The position numbers were made by a program, and so were the translations under genes. From NCBI RefSeq assembly GCF_964188315.1, contig NC_135656.1:25234001-25298000 (forward strand): DNA of 64,000 nt, in the 5' to 3' direction. Below, one piece after another: positions 12,360-22,233 of this stretch. The DNA is from Podarcis muralis. Lineage: Eukaryota. How positions within the stretch are numbered: position 1 is the first letter of the stretch; each line of letters starts with the position of its first letter. The notes under the pieces are model-generated. The model was given only the letters and a program-made list of their open reading frames with translations. It ran no database searches and was not told the origin of the DNA.

Positions 12360-12454
12360 TTCATAGGTAGAAAAAACACAGGGGAGCACTAAGAAATTCA
12401 ACGTCTTGCCTGTAACCTCTGGTCACGCTGTACATTTTGCCTTCTCATTCAGCA
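12360..12454 (+). other. KCNJ16: Candidate non-coding 5' UTR exon of KCNJ16
   Basis: Acceptor-like ttgcttttcag| at 12359 (alternative AG at 12366) and donor GCA|GTAAGT at 12454/12455; motif evidence only. Confidence 0.35.
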
Positions 12455-12593
12455 GTAAGTGTCAAATTTCCCAATCTGCAGCAGTGCACACTCCTCATCC
12501 ATGCTAGCCACGCACACTGACGCTGATATATATGCTTTTGTATTTACTTGGAGGCAAAAATATGAAATCTTTTCTCTTTGGTTTCATCTGCAG

Positions 12594-12687
12594 GTTATAA
12601 ATGAAGAGAACAAGAGCAAGACCAGCTGGTGATTGGCATCTTTAATTGCATCTTCTGAATTAATCACACAGCACAGATTAAAGAAGC
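12594..12687 (+). other. KCNJ16: Splice acceptor and 5' UTR part of the KCNJ16 coding exon
   Basis: Polypyrimidine tract tcttttctctttggtttcatctgcag| ends at 12593, 94 nt before the ATG, similar to the mammalian gene layout. Confidence 0.7.
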
Positions 12688-13989
12688 ATGGCTGAGCCTG
12701 GCGAGAAGCTTTTAAGTGTGGAAACAAATAAACTCAGACATGCACACAGCTACCAAGACACAACTTCGATTGGGATTAAAAGAATGCAAAAGCGATTTCT
12801 CCAGAAAGATGGAAGCTGCAATGTGTACTTCAAGCACATCTTTGGGGAGTGGGAGAGCTATGTGACCGACATTTTCACCACATTAGTGGACATTCAATGG
12901 CGCCATATGTTTGTGATCTTCTCATTGTCCTACATCCTGTCCTGGTTGTTCTTTGGCTTGGTCTTTTGGTTGATTGCACTCCATCACGGTGATTTATCAC
13001 TTGATGAAGGAACGACCCCTTGTGTTGTCAGTGTCCATAGTTTCACGGGGGCATTCTTATTCTCTCTTGAAACCCAAACGACCATAGGCTATGGATCCCG
13101 TTGTGTCACCGAAGAGTGCTCTGTCGCAATCCTGATAGTTATCATACAGTCAGTGTTAGGCTGCATCATTGACACATTCATCATCGGTGCTGCCTTGGCC
13201 AAAATGGCCACTGCCCGGAAGCGAGCTCAGACCATCCGCTTCAGCTATCATGCCACGGTAGGCTTAAGAGATGGCAAACTCTGTTTGATGTGGCGGATAG
13301 GTGATTTCCGCCCTAATCATATGGTAGAAGGCACAGTGAGAGCCCAGCTCTTGCGGTACGTGGAAGACAGAGTGGGAAGGATGACAATGGAATACAAGGA
13401 CTTAAAACTGTTAAACGACCAGATCATTGTTGCAACCCCAGTGACCATTATCCACGAAATTAACCAGGACAGCCCATTGTATGATATGGACAGGAAGGCT
13501 CTTGCTAAAGACAACTTTGAGATCCTGGTTACATTTGTTTACACTGGAGATTCAACGGGGACATCCCATCAGTCAAGGAGTTCATATGTGCCTCGAGAAA
13601 TTCTTTGGGGGCACCGGTTCAATGACGTCCTGCAAATGAAGAAGAAGTACTACAAAGTCAACTGCCTCCAATTTGAAGAAACCACCGAGGTTTATGCTCC
13701 TTATTGTAGTGCCAAGCACCTAGACAGGAAGGAGCAAGAATACACCACCTTGGAAAAAGCAGTGGATGGAGAACCTGGAACGTCGTCATCTTCTTCCTCT
13801 TCATCAGCACCAGCACCAGCACCAAGATTAGGACTAAGAGCCCGGTCCTTTAGTGCTGAAGCATTAATCATCCACTCTGAAATTTCTGAAGAGTCAGCCA
13901 AAACTTCTAACCAAGTCAAAGTTATGGAGGTGCCGTATGAGAGAGCGCTGGTGACTTTAAGTAGAATCTCAATGGAATCCCAGATCTAA
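12688..13989 (+). CDS. KCNJ16: Inward-rectifier K+ channel Kir5.1 (433 aa, single coding exon)
   Basis: KDGSCNVYFKHIFGEW, two TM helices, [11 protein letters not shown] filter, KMATARKRAQTIRFS, TGDSTGTSHQSRSSYVPREILWGHRF and C-terminal ISMESQI are Kir5.1-diagnostic; lies upstream of KCNJ2 as in mammals. Confidence 0.97.
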   Translation: MAEPGEKLLSVETNKLRHAHSYQDTTSIGIKRMQKRFLQKDGSCNVYFKHIFGEWESYVTDIFTTLVDIQWRHMFVIFSLSYILSWLFFGLVFWLIALHHGDLSLDEGTTPCVVSVHSFTGAFLFSLETQTTIGYGSRCVTEECSVAILIVIIQSVLGCIIDTFIIGAALAKMATARKRAQTIRFSYHATVGLRDGKLCLMWRIGDFRPNHMVEGTVRAQLLRYVEDRVGRMTMEYKDLKLLNDQIIVATPVTIIHEINQDSPLYDMDRKALAKDNFEILVTFVYTGDSTGTSHQSRSSYVPREILWGHRFNDVLQMKKKYYKVNCLQFEETTEVYAPYCSAKHLDRKEQEYTTLEKAVDGEPGTSSSSSSSSAPAPAPRLGLRARSFSAEALIIHSEISEESAKTSNQVKVMEVPYERALVTLSRISMESQI

Positions 13990-14576
13990 CAATCTGTTGC
14001 AATGGCTGCTCTTGACTTTGCAGCAGTTTTCAAGGCGCACAAGTTATGGACCTGGTATCCTCAAATCATAAAACAGAAGAACAGACTCGTTGACACTTCA
14101 TCGAGACTTCGGTCTAGCTGGTATTCTTGTTTTAGTAGATAATGCTGATATTATTCATCTCCTTTAAAAAATTCCTTTTTTTGCAAACAATAGAATTTTG
14201 TGCCCTTGTATTTTTAAAAAAGAATGCTTAACAATATTCGGCATCAATACTGAAAGTGGAGGATACCTGTTGATAAGAATTTCAAAGTTGCTTTATCACT
14301 GAAGCCATGAAGTCAGATTATTTGAGTTAAAACTGCTTCAGGACCTTGTAGTCCTATGGTTTAGGCGCATTAATTTTGAATTGTTCAATGTGACTGTCTT
14401 TTGGATTAATGTACATTTCAGTAAATTAAAGAATTGCAAAAAAATTGATTTGTGTGCTGCACGCATAGTCTATTTGCCAAGTGTACCCTAGGCCCACATC
14501 TCATTCAAGTAGCTCTTTTGATTGTACAAAGAGAACATAATTAAACTACTTCACATTTTTGTTTATTTGTAAAAAC

Positions 14577-14580
<4 letters not shown>

Positions 14581-14610
<30 letters not shown>
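14581..14610. repeat. (CA)15 microsatellite in presumed KCNJ16 3' UTR
   Basis: Direct reading. Confidence 0.95.
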
Positions 14611-14614
<4 letters not shown>

Positions 14615-14665
14615 ATTTTTCTATGGGGGATTTAGGCTTTCTTAGAATTTTCTTTTGTAATTTCT

Positions 14666-14671
14666 AATAAA
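14666..14671 (+). terminator. KCNJ16: Candidate KCNJ16 polyadenylation signal
   Basis: First AATAAA downstream of the stop (about 680 nt), in AT-rich context; the true 3' end may be further. Confidence 0.35.
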
Positions 14672-15349
14672 ACATTTTGAATTCTCCCTAAAATATGTAA
14701 AGAATAATTCTTACACAGAGTTTGAAAAAAGTAGCTAGCTTTGCCAAAGCCATTATGCAAGGCACCTTATTTGCTTCCACTTTCTGTTGATCAGTGATTT
14801 ATTTGCTAGTAGACATTACAAAGATGTAAGGCCCATCACACACAAATTTATGGCTTGTTTTCATTTAGTTACTTTCATTTCTTTTCAACTACCTAATCAT
14901 TTCATGTTGAAGATATGTTTTAAAATTGTTCTGCATATCTGGAAAGAGGATTTGTAACTTAGAGATAACAATGTGATAGCTGGTGTACTTTTTTTTTTAA
15001 AGAAAATAATATATAAATATATTTCTTCCAACTATTTTGGATCCTCTCTCACTTTGTTCTTCATTCCTAAGCAGACAGATAGATCAGACCAATTTTCTTT
15101 TCTTTTTGTCTGAAAATTGCATCCTTGAACTTTTAAGGTGATGGATCTCAGTTTTCCCTCAGTGCATCCTCATCCTAGGTTCAGATAACCCCTGTTGTTG
15201 TAATTGGACCTTGCTGCCTAAACAGATTTCCTAGTCTCCCTTGGTTGCATGGTCTGTTGTATTCTTCCTTAGGTTGTAGCCTTCCATTCTGCAACTGGAA
15301 GCCCATGGACCATGTCATACTGTCAGGGGCTGTTTAGGCTGTCTGTACC

Positions 15350-15394
15350 CCAAAAAAACGCAACCTGAAGCGTCTGTAACCTGAGGTATTATTG
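15350..15394. mobile_element. Tc1/mariner MITE family B terminal fragment
   Basis: caacctgaagcgtctgtaacctgaggtattattgta matches the end of 17922-18179. Confidence 0.6.
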
Positions 15395-15639
15395 TACGTG
15401 GTAAGGACTCTTTGTGTTTATCTGCTTTTTTGGCTGCCACTGGGGGAGGGATAGGATTCCCTGAACCTTGACACATATGTGCTTTATAACAGGAACCACA
15501 TACAGAGGAATATATGTAGAGATGCCTTGCACTGAAACAGGCTGTTGGGTCATTGTTTGCTCTGACTGAAGGAAGCTCTCCAGGACTCTTTTCCATCAAC
15601 ACTACAAGTTCCTTTTGTGTGGCAAATCTCCTCCCCCCA

Positions 15640-16383
15640 TGTGAAATGAAGACACCGGACACATTATTTAAGGTTAATGGGCATAAAAGGCCACAACTTT
15701 ATTGATTACAGGAATTGGAAGGTATTGGCTTTAGGCATTGGCTCCTATCGACTACCCGGCATGGAGACCGGGAAGGGTTATCCACAAGCCGTGGGAGTCC
15801 TGTTGAAGTACGCCAACTAGGATCCCACGGGTGTCACCGCTCGGGGGCGTGCCGGAGGCCCTTACCTCTCTAGGTTTCGGACAAGGCAATGCCCCCCGGA
15901 GTCCTCTACCGGACTACCCTTTTCCTTGGGGGAAGGTGATGGTGCTTCCTTCCCCTTCATTTGCATAACAATTACCCCTGCCAATGCCTAACCGCCAATA
16001 CTGAGGAAATTATTATTATTATTATTATTTGTTATTATTATTATTACTGAGGAAGTTGTGACGTTTGCTACGAGGTAGGCGAAAAAACCAAAAGGCTGGA
16101 AGAGCGCCAAGTTGGAAAAATCCCTACCAGGCCCCTTGCGGCGACCAACCGGAGTCCATAGCAAGGTCATAGCTAGCTAAGCCTAAAGGGTGGGTGGGAA
16201 AACTGGTCAGCTGGACTTAAATGGGCTAGGCCACGCCTCCCCCACCCGCCGATTGGCAGGCAAGGTCGCAGGCATGCCCGGGAATTCCCTTGTTCTCACG
16301 GGGGCAGAAGGCCAGCCCCCGCGTGTGTGGGAGGGGGTGGCCTGCAACCCCCTCTCCTCTCAAGTTCGGAAATGGCTTTAACA
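15640..16383 (-). mobile_element. Solo LTR (ERV/Gypsy-type), CpG-rich
   Basis: Minus strand begins TGTTAAAG and ends TTTCACA. In order it carries CCAAT (16252-56), GC-rich boxes (16231-50), TATA-like ATTTAAG (16216-22) and AATAAA (15698-703). No clear TSD. Confidence 0.7.
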
Positions 16384-16649
16384 GGACATGCCAGAATTAA
16401 ACCCAAGACCTCTTTTCATGCAAGGCTTGTGCGAGGTAAGTACAGTATAATAATAAAATATTATTATGGCAGCCAGGAGTCTAGGGGACAGATCTAGAGC
16501 AGTGGCTTAAGGGTGTGACTAACTTGGGAATATTAACCAACCTTACTGCCTTCTGCTCCCACCAGCCTCAACTTTCTTCCCGAATCTCTACATTGTGGGT
16601 ACAAAACATAATAATACCCCAAAACAAAACAAAAAAGTAAATGCAGACA

Positions 16650-17075
16650 GTAGGGGATGCTAGAAAACTAATTTGAGAAGCTAAAAACATTAAGACCAGC
16701 AACAGGAAGTTTTTTTAAATACATTGGTGGCAGGAGATCATCTAAAGAAGCAGCTGAACCCTTGGATGACAAGGGAGTGAAATGTGTGCTAAAGGAGCAC
16801 AAGGAGATTGCAGAGAAGGAGATTGTTCTGTTTTGTTGTTATAAAAAACTTTTGAAACTTTAATAAAAAATTTATTAAAAAAAGAGATTGCAGAGAAGTT
16901 AAATTAATTCTTTGCATCTGTTTTCACAGTAGAATATATAGGACAGGTGGTACCTGAACTAACTTTTGCAGGACTGGAGTCTCAGGAACTGAGGTAGATA
17001 GCAGTGATGAGAGATGAAATCCGAGACCTAAAACAAAAACTGAAAAATTGCTGGGTCCACACGGCATCCACCCAA
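16650..17075 (+). mobile_element. Old CR1 ORF2 fragment
   Basis: Degenerate translation ..AKNIKT.N..FFKYI..EIAEKLN.FFASVFTV..GPHGIHPR resembles the region upstream of the CR1 RT domain. Confidence 0.7.
16819..16883 (+). mobile_element. 65-bp poly(A)-tailed retroposed insertion (L1-type 3' end)
   Basis: Contains AATAAA and an A-tail; flanked by a 15-bp direct repeat gagattgcagagaag (16804-18, 16884-98). Confidence 0.75.
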
Positions 17076-17334
17076 GACCAGCCCAGAAATCATAAAACCA
17101 TTGGATGTCCTCCAGGAAGATCTGAACATGTTACACCCCTTTTTCCCATGTGAGCTCAAATCCTTGAAGAAATTTGCTTCATATCTCGATGGATTCCAGT
17201 ATCATGTACCACACTGAAACCAGAAGAAAGAATTCAAAGTATTGACCCTACTCGATAAGTCCTGAAACACTGGTCTGGATTTCTGCTGTTAAGACCAATT
17301 CTTCCTCAATTTTGAAGCACCCCTTTAAAAAATT

Positions 17335-17405
17335 GTGGGTTTGGACTAGATGACCCTTTGATGATGACCCTTTGAGTCACTTCCAAATCTACAATTTTAC
17401 GATTC
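17335..17405 (+). mobile_element. CR1 3' terminus
   Basis: ttggactagatgaccc...cttccaaatctacaattttacgattc. Confidence 0.7.
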
Positions 17406-17921
17406 ACAGGAGGTCAAGTGGCATTGACTCTTAAGCATTGACTCTTATGCGGAGAGATAGTCCTGCAGTTTACCGAAGAATCTTGCCAGACTGCATGAAC
17501 ATACCGTGTACAGTTTCTGTACATTTCCAAAATATGTTTTCACTTCAGGGCTCTTCACCATAGCATGGATCCCACATAGGTTCAGAGAGTGCACACTGCA
17601 GGGGGGAAAAAATGCCTGAGGATTTTCATTCTGAATTCCAATTCTTATGCTCTGTTATTTCTCAGGCATATTTGAAGCACTGTTACACTTTTGGTTCCCT
17701 ACAGTTTTGCAACTATACCTTACAATCCTGGCTTATAAGTCCCACAGCTGCAAAACAATTTACTTCCACAATACAACTAGGTAGTAGCAGCAAGAAAGGA
17801 ACTCTGTGGCACAGTCTGCAAAGCAGGCGCAAACACATTTGGAAAGTTGCTAGTTCAAATATACACAGAGGTGGGTTTTAAAAAATGGAATGGAATGGAA
17901 CTATAGCTGCCATAAACTATA

Positions 17922-18179
17922 CAGTGGATGCTGGAGTTACGAATGTGATCCATGTGTGAAGCACGTTCGCAACCTGCAGCTTTCGCAACCCACAGCGCCG
18001 TGTCTGCGCTGCGGGTTGTGATTCAGCGCTTCTGCACATGCACAAAGCATGATTTAGTGCTTCTGCGCATGCGCAAGCACTGAAACCCAGAAGTAACCCA
18101 TTCCGGTACTTCCAGGTTGGGCACGGTGCGCAACCCAAAATCGCACAACCCGAAGCGTCTGTAACCTGAGGTATGACTG
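17922..18179. mobile_element. Tc1/mariner MITE, family B
   Basis: TA|cagtggatgctgg ... gaggtatgactg|TA; inverse of the 8516 copy. Confidence 0.85.
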
Positions 18180-19372
18180 TAATCCTAGGGACACACGGGT
18201 GCTGCTTGCTAGAGGTTTATTGAATAAAATACTTGCAAATCTGTGATCATGCTGATCATTCTCCCACCTAAAAGAAATCTCTGTTAAACTGTGGGAAGAA
18301 GGATGAAAATGAGTAGTGGTGCACTTTGCAGAAGTGTGGGATTATTTTTAATTTAACTGAAGGGTTCCATTGTGCTAGCTGGGGTTTGAAAGTGTGTGGG
18401 TAAACTCATTTGTGCTTTGCAGGCTATGGTACAATATCCTTCTGTTCCATTGAAACTTACGGGGTACGTTAATATGTAAACTTTCAGAGAAAAGATGGAT
18501 AGTTCACTGCTTACTACATTCACTAGTTACCATATTATGGGTAAAAGGCAAAACAGAAAACTGTCTTCTCAAAAGTAGAAGCGTGAGATGATAGCTCTCT
18601 GTTTTTATTTATTTTAAAAATGCATATCCCATCCCCCCTACAAAGAAACTAAAAGCAACTTGCAAAAAACAAGATATACAGAAATACAAGGGTAAGGTGG
18701 TATGTTTATGACTGACTTCAAATTAACATCGCATCTTTACAATACATAACAAATAGGCAAAAAAAGTTGTTTTAAAGGATGTTGTGCCAGAGTCTGTTCA
18801 AGAGATTTCTACAAGTAACTAGTGGCAATGATAGGGAGAAAGAGAGACTGGGCTCCCTATCTGTCTCTTTTGAGGGATGTTTTTAAATGTGAATGGGCAA
18901 TAATAGAATCTAAATAATGTGGAAAGTAACAAGGACCTTTCTCACCAGCACATTAACTGTTCTAAGGGAATTCTGCCTGCCTCATATTCTTGAGACATGG
19001 AGAGAGTTTGTCAGTCCCACCCTAGAGCTCCATGGCCCCTTCATCTCTCAGAAGATGTCTCATTGTCTTCATTCCCATTTTCAGCTATCTACCAAAAAGG
19101 TGGTGAAAGGCCCCAGAGCCCTGACCACTCTGCCAAGGCCAGTGTGATGTCAATGGGTTTGGGGAGACCAAGAGTCCAATGCCAATCAGGATCTAAATGG
19201 GCATTAGGATCCTACACGGCTCCAAATGATATTGGCAAGTGATAAAGCCTACATTGAACCAAGGGCAGACAGGAAGCTTCTGTCTAGGACACAATGGAAG
19301 GTGCGGTGGACAACGGTGTGTAGCCATTCTCTAAAGCTGAGTGGGTGGACTGGCAAGAACACTGGACTGGGT

Positions 19373-19667
19373 GGGTTGTCATATCTTGAAGAGCAAAAAA
19401 GAGGACACCCCAAGCCACTGCCAACCCAAGCTGGCAAAAGAGGTACACAGGTGAGTGGGGCTGCCGCCACTGTGCCTGCGCGCATCCTTTCCCAGCTTGG
19501 GCTGGCAGTGGCTGAGGCATGCAAAGCAGCCCAAGCCTGAGCCTGAACTGCCCAAGCCCGGAAAAACCCGGACATTTCCTTTAAAATGTAAACATCTGCC
19601 CAGATGGGCATGTTGCACCCCCCCCCAAAGGATATGTCCGGGTTTTCCCGGATGTATGGCAAGCCTA
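19373..19667. mobile_element. Old hAT-like MITE (AGGGTTGCCA/TGGCAACCCT-type ends)
   Basis: gggttgtcatat...aaaagaggacacc at the left end; ccggatgtatggcaagccta at the right end. Confidence 0.45.
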
Positions 19668-20325
19668 TCCTGCACAGCCCCAATCTTCCTTTCTCTGTCC
19701 CACTAAGCTGCAGGCCGCTGCTGCTGGGAAGATAATGTTGTGACTCTGCTCCACACGGCAAGCCAGTTTTGTCCTCATGGGCTTTGGAGCCTTTGAACAG
19801 AATGCTTGAGGAGCACAAATACTTTTGAGGAGCAAGCAGTGGGCATACATCCCTAACATTCAACGCAATAATGTTTAGAGATACGTTTTGAAACCTATGC
19901 TCCTTGAGGAGTCAGAATCATCAACCTGTTCCTTGCTTCGCATCTAACCATTGCTGACATTCAAGTTTGCTCAAAACTCTTGTGCAATGGAATTGTGGGC
20001 TTCTTGAAAACCCCAAATCCCCAGACCAATCTGACTTGTCATGCTTATTTTTTCCCTAGTGTTAGCTTCACTTTTCTAGGCAAAGAATCAGGGAATCTTT
20101 GATTTTTACACAGTTCCATGGAGGTTGTGGTTGGCTTGTTTTATTGCTCTGTTTGATTTTTCTTAAAGGTAAGATACTTTTACATGGATCCCAATTCTTC
20201 TTTTTCATACTGGTGTGGCCCACCATGTCAAAAGAGCAGGGACAGAAACAAACATGCAAAAGACCCGTTCTCCTAACCTGGGCTCTCTCGCAGCCACTTA
20301 ATGGTGGGATATTGTGGGTCATCAG

Positions 20326-20340
20326 TCCGCCACCTTGTGG
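20326..20340 (-). promoter_or_regulatory. Candidate CTCF motif (reverse orientation)
   Basis: Minus strand CCACAAGGTGGCGGA versus consensus CCASYAGRKGGCRSY; 2 mismatches. Confidence 0.3.
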
Positions 20341-21710
20341 ACATTAAAAAAACACGGGATTCAACAGGCACAGAATAGTTCAGTGTGTTTGATTTATGCT
20401 TCGGAATGAGGCATTCAGAGAATCATTGCTGGGAAGCACTTACTAGTGGAAAAAATGGCTCACTCTGATTCTTGCTTCACACCCCAGGGAAAGTTTTTGC
20501 TCCTTAGGGTCCCAATGGCCTCATTATCCGAGTACTGTACATACTGAAGATAGAACAAAGGTGCAGACTGGCCTGCCACCCAAACGCACGTTCAAAGCCT
20601 CCTCCTCCTCCAGGGAGTTCTTCAAATATGTCATTGCATTGTCCAATGCAGGACTGAAGCATGCAGAAGCTCTTGGAAACCAAGAGGCTTAAGCACACTT
20701 AACCCTTATGGACTGACCTCAAAGGGCATATAGTGTGCACTCCAAACTACGAGGTGACTCAGGGTGATTCAAGGCAGACTCAGGTCTCGCTACGAACAAG
20801 GCGTGTCGAGGCAGATTGGGGACTCTCCTACTTTCCAAGTAACTCTGTGGCATCAGTTCTTCCAACCTCTGCCCCAAAGACAGGACATTTTCTTTTCTGA
20901 GAAACTTCTCCAAGTTACCTGAGGAGACTCTCAGAGCTCATAAGAGGAGCCAGTGGAGAGCAGGGAGGTGTGGTGGAGAATGGAGGGTCTTTTCGTTTTG
21001 ATGGATGGGCCTAGTTTTTAATCACAATTACATTATTTTCTGAGGACACTCCAACCACCGTGATTTTGGGGGAGGGATGGTGAAGTAAAGTTATTCATCA
21101 TGTGGGTCCTCTGAGTCTGGCTGTGAGAGCAGAAGATAAGTCGCAAAGTTCAACTAATGTGGTGGTCCACTTCTTTCCCCCTCCCTTCCCCTCTCCCCTT
21201 TATGGAGGATCCTTTCAGGAGGGGGGGGGACAAGGAGGGGGGAAATGACTTTTCGGTTTTTTTGCAACAAAGGTAAAAAAGAACTCAGCCTCTGGATCTA
21301 TTAGTTTGCACTCCAGCAGGTTTCTTAAGCAGGAACATGTCCGTCATGCCCCCAGTTTTGAAACTGACCTCTGTGGGTGGGGAAACTGGGGGAAGAAAAT
21401 GTGGTTTCCATCCCCCCCCCAAGTGTGAAATCTACCCTTGCAATAGAACTGCTGCACTTCTCTTTCTGGAATTCCCCAGGCTTCATCCCCTTGGAAGGAG
21501 ATGGATTTTCCAGTGGATAAAACAGACGATCCTGTTGAGGCCCTCGTTTCACTATGGAATGGTGAGACCATCAACACCATTGCCCTCTCAAGCACATTGG
21601 AGCCCGTTTGGTTCCTTGGTATATGAGGAGCTGCAGTCAAGGAAATGGACTAGGAGATAATTTTGGCATATGATCTACACAAACCCACTGATTCCCACAG
21701 TAGTTTAATA

Positions 21711-21926
21711 CAGTGGTACCTCTGGTTACATATACAGACTCTGCTAACCCAGAAATATTACCTTGGGTTAAGAACTTTGCTTCAGGATGAGAACAGAAAT
21801 TGTTCTCCAGCGGCACGGCAGCAGCGAGAGGCCCCATTAGCTAAAGTGGTGCTTCAGGTTAAGAACAGTTTCAGGTTAAGAACGGACCTCCAGAACGAAT
21901 TAAGTACTTAATCTGAGGTACCATTG
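21711..21926. mobile_element. Tc1/mariner MITE, family A
   Basis: TA|cagtggtacctc ... gaggtaccattg|TA. Confidence 0.9.
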
Positions 21927-21939
21927 TATACTCCCTGTA

Positions 21940-22070
21940 GCCGGGGCGTAGAGCCTGTGGCACTCCACATGTTGTTAGACTACAACTCCCATGATCCCTG
22001 ACAATCCCTGAAGACTGATGGGAACTGGAGTCCAACAATATCCAGAAGGCTGTGGGTTCACTATTGCTGC
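21940..22070. mobile_element. Palindromic squamate MITE (gactacaactcccat...atgggagttgtagtc family)
   Basis: gttgttagactacaactcccatg ... ctgatgggaactggagtccaacaa form inverted arms. Confidence 0.65.
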
Positions 22071-22084
22071 TATATATCAAACTA

Positions 22085-22233
22085 CAGTGGTACCTCGGGT
22101 TAAGAACTTAATTCGCGATTTCTGTTCTCATCCTGAAGCAAAGTTCTTAACCCAAAGTACTATTTCTGGGTTAGCGGAGTCTGTAACCTGAAGCGTCTGT
22201 AAGCTGAAGTGTCTGTAACCTGAGGTACCACTG
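22085..22233. mobile_element. Tc1/mariner MITE, family A, internally deleted
   Basis: TIRs and TA TSD intact; about 90 bp deleted at ttaattcg|cgatttctg with CG microhomology. Confidence 0.9.

Noticed and set aside
21333-21351. p53-like half-site GAACATGTCC followed by GTCATGCCC
   Set aside because: The second half-site overlaps the first and violates RRRC; insufficient for a response element.
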